A DNA stretch of 64,000 nt from contig OZ024748.1 in assembly GCA_964016885.1 (NCBI GenBank), positions 43,462,001-43,526,000 of the forward strand, in the 5' to 3' direction. Both the position numbers and the translations under genes were made by a program. The notes below the pieces were generated by a model that did no database searches, had not been told where the DNA came from, and worked only from the letters and a program-made list of their open reading frames with translations. The stretch is from Eledone cirrhosa (Eukaryota). Every line of letters begins with the position of its first letter. Within the stretch, counting starts at the first letter, position 1. This document shows, piece after piece, positions 61,337-64,000 of this stretch.

Positions 61337-64000
61337 TTTGAGTTTGAGTCCATGCTCAGGCCAAGTCATAGACTCCACCCTCAGAGTCTGGTGTGGTTGC
61401 CAGGTTGGATTCTCTGTTTAATTTTGACATGTGTAGGAGCGAGTTTGAGTCCGTTTGTGCTCGTTGTGTATATCCTGGGAGATGGGGTTCATCTCTAATG
61501 GTGCTTAAGTATCTATCCAGCTGCAATTTGAATGATTCCACACTGCATCCTGATAGATTTCTGACATGTAACGGAATGGAGTTGAATAGTTGTGCCCCTC
61601 GAACCAAAGACTTGACTCTCGCAGGATTTTTGCTGCCTGGCCAGCCCTTTTGTTGATTGGTGGTAGCTGGCAGCGTCTTCCGTGGCGCAGTGAGTGGTAG
61701 GTTTTGATACCAAAGTTTGGCACCTTTTGCTCTATCATTTTCAAAATGTATATAATTCTGTATCGCTCAAATCTTCTTTCTATTGAGTACATCTTCAAGG
61801 TTTTTAGTCTTTGCCAATAGTCCAGGTCCCTCGTTTCTGAGAAGTATGAGGTAAAATTTCTTTGGAGCGATTCCATCTTAGATAGTTGGCCCTTTGTTGT
61901 TGGTGACCACAACTGAGAACAGTAGTCAATCCTCGGAAGTACCATACTGTTCCAGGGGTTTTCATTGTTGAGGTATCTCTTGATTTGAAGGTGCGCAAGA
62001 TCCACCCGCTGTACTTTCTTGCAGTAAGACAGACTGAGTCAAGGTGTTCTCTGAATTTTAGGCTGGTTCCCATGTGGATGCCTAAATCTTTCACACACTG
62101 TTTTTCCATTATTTGTTGTCCTGATGGGTTTCTGTAGTTTGTTGTATTTTTCAGATCTTGATCTGTTCCGTAGCGAATTAGTTCAAACTTCTTATCATTG
62201 AACAACATATTGTTTGTTTCCTGCCATTTGTATATGGTGGTCAGGTCCTTTTGTAAGGCCTCTGTATCCACCTCGTCTTTGATTTGTCTCATGACCCTGG
62301 TGTCATCAGCAAAGGATGAGACGTTGCTGGTTGTATCTTCATCTATGTCAGAGATGAGGATGAGAAACAGGATCGGGCCGAGTACTGTACCCTGAGGAAC
62401 ACTGCTGGTCACAGGTGATGGTGTTGAATGGGTTCCATTCACAGTGACTGTTTGAGTTCTATTTGTAAGGAACTCATGTATCCATGTACCAACTTTTCCT
62501 CCTACTCCTAGCTTTCGAAGTTTGTGTCCCAGGATGCCATGATCTACCTTGTCAAATGCTTTGGCAAAGTCGAGGTAAATAACATCTGTGTTGTATCCAT
62601 TCTCTAGATTTTCTAGGATTTGGTCATGGTGTGCCAGTAGTTGGGAAAGACATGATCTACCTAACCTGAATCCATGCTGATTGCAATTCATCAGATTGTT
62701 GGATTCCAGGAACTCAGCCAGTTTTCCACGAACTATTCTTTCGAGGACCTTGATAATGTGTGATGTCAGTGAGATTGGTCGGTAGTTCTTTGGTTTTGAT
62801 TTGCTGTCCCCTTTATGTATTGGAGTTATGTGTGCTTCTTTACATGTATTTGGTATTTTGCCATTCTCCATAGATTCCTTCCATATCATGTAAAGGGGTT
62901 TCAACAATTGTACCTTGCAGTTTTTAAGTATCATGGCATTGAAACCATCAGGCCCCACAGCCGAGTGCATGGAGAGCTTGTCTATGGCTCTTTCTATGTC
63001 TTCTGGGTTGAAATCAATGTCGGATAGGGTAGGTTTAGTATGGTCGATATCCTTGAAGAATTCTCCTGGGTCATGGATCTTCATGGTTTTAGATGGCTCA
63101 CTGAAGACACTTTCATACTGTTGGCCCAACATTTCTGCCATTTCAATAGGGTTATTCACTACATCCCCATTTTGTCTCTGGAGAGGTCCTATTGTTGACT
63201 TGGTATTCGAGTATTTCTTTGCAAAACTGTAGAAACATTTTGGATTTTTCTTGATGTTTTCTATGGCTCTCTTTTCTGCATTGTTATGTTCTTCATCATA
63301 GTGTTGTTTTAGATTGTCTTCTAATCTGTATATTTGGTCAAGGACTTTCTGTAGTTCATGTTTTGATGTCAGCTTAGATGTTTTGTTTCTTAGTCTTGAC
63401 CTTTTGCGCATCAGGATCTTTCGCTCCCGTGGTACAGGTTTTTTTGTAGATTTGGTTTTCTTAAGAGGAATATTTTTTGCACATATTTCTTTGATCTTGT
63501 TTAAGAATTTCTTGTGTTTATCTGGCCCAGTAAGGTAGAGATCCCAGTCAATGATTTGTAACTGGTTGTTAATAGTTTCCCAATTTGCCTGGTGATAATC
63601 ATACCTGCATAGCTTTGGCATGTCCTTTTGTTTAAGAGTTGTGGCATTGGGCTCATTACCAATGTGTAAATGCATTTCAATAATATTGTGGTCTGAAAGG
63701 ATTGTTGGGGTTGAGTGAAGGTCAAATAGCGTGTCCTCGTTGTTGGTGAAAACCAAGTCGATCGTATTATTATTTCTAGTTGCTTCTGTCATCATTTGTT
63801 TGAGGTATAATTTCTCTGTGACTTCCAACAGTTTGGCTGCCTGTATTTGTTCAGCTTTTGTCCCCAGTTTTAGTATGTGTCCATGTGGCTAGATGATGTT
63901 AGGGAAGTTGAAGTCACCAAGGAGGATAATGTCTGGCATTGGACTCACCATGTTTCCCAGAATTTGTTGCAGCTTTGTCAGTGGCTCAGTGAAGGATAAT
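61337..64000 (-). mobile_element. CR1-type LINE ORF2 (AP endonuclease C-terminus plus reverse transcriptase), inactivated
   Basis: Motifs DIILLGDFNFPN, TIDLVF, SDHN, NYRPISLTS, QHGFR, YLDFAKAFDKV, VPQGTVLGP, FADD, KDLGI, DYCSQLWSP and SNSLL. In-frame TAG at 63891-63889, frameshifts near 61955 and 61610, short (CTCAAA)2 tail. Continues past the right edge. Confidence 0.93.

Noticed and set aside
61804-63828. 674-aa RT ORF as an active or domesticated gene
   Set aside because: An upstream in-frame stop within the endonuclease domain and two downstream frameshifts indicate a decaying LINE copy.

Overview
Eukaryotic, repeat-dominated animal DNA. The repeat families, (TA)n and (CAT)n tails look like an octopus/cephalopod genome, but this is recognition from memory and not a database result. 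Positions 1-37150 are a 41/42-bp satellite with kb-scale higher-order duplications. A ~550-bp CpG-containing promoter-like region follows. A + strand spliced gene then begins, with four in-frame phase-0 coding exons (MTSRK / SRLMNDTWSSEELKHALK / ...) resembling the N-terminus of WDR60/DYNC2I1. Its introns hold a 9.9-kb 44/47/48-bp satellite, 56-bp and 48-bp minisatellites, MITEs, tRNA-derived SINEs, RTE-like LINE fragments, long TA-based microsatellites and a decayed CR1-type LINE. The most striking element is a perfect 169-bp-arm palindrome (57555-57910). It carries a complete minimal type I hammerhead ribozyme fold (CUGAUGA...GAAA...AUA), so one copy lies on each strand. More decayed hammerhead-like relics form an inverted repeat around coding exon 2. 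Almost all ORFs in the supplied track are repeat artefacts.
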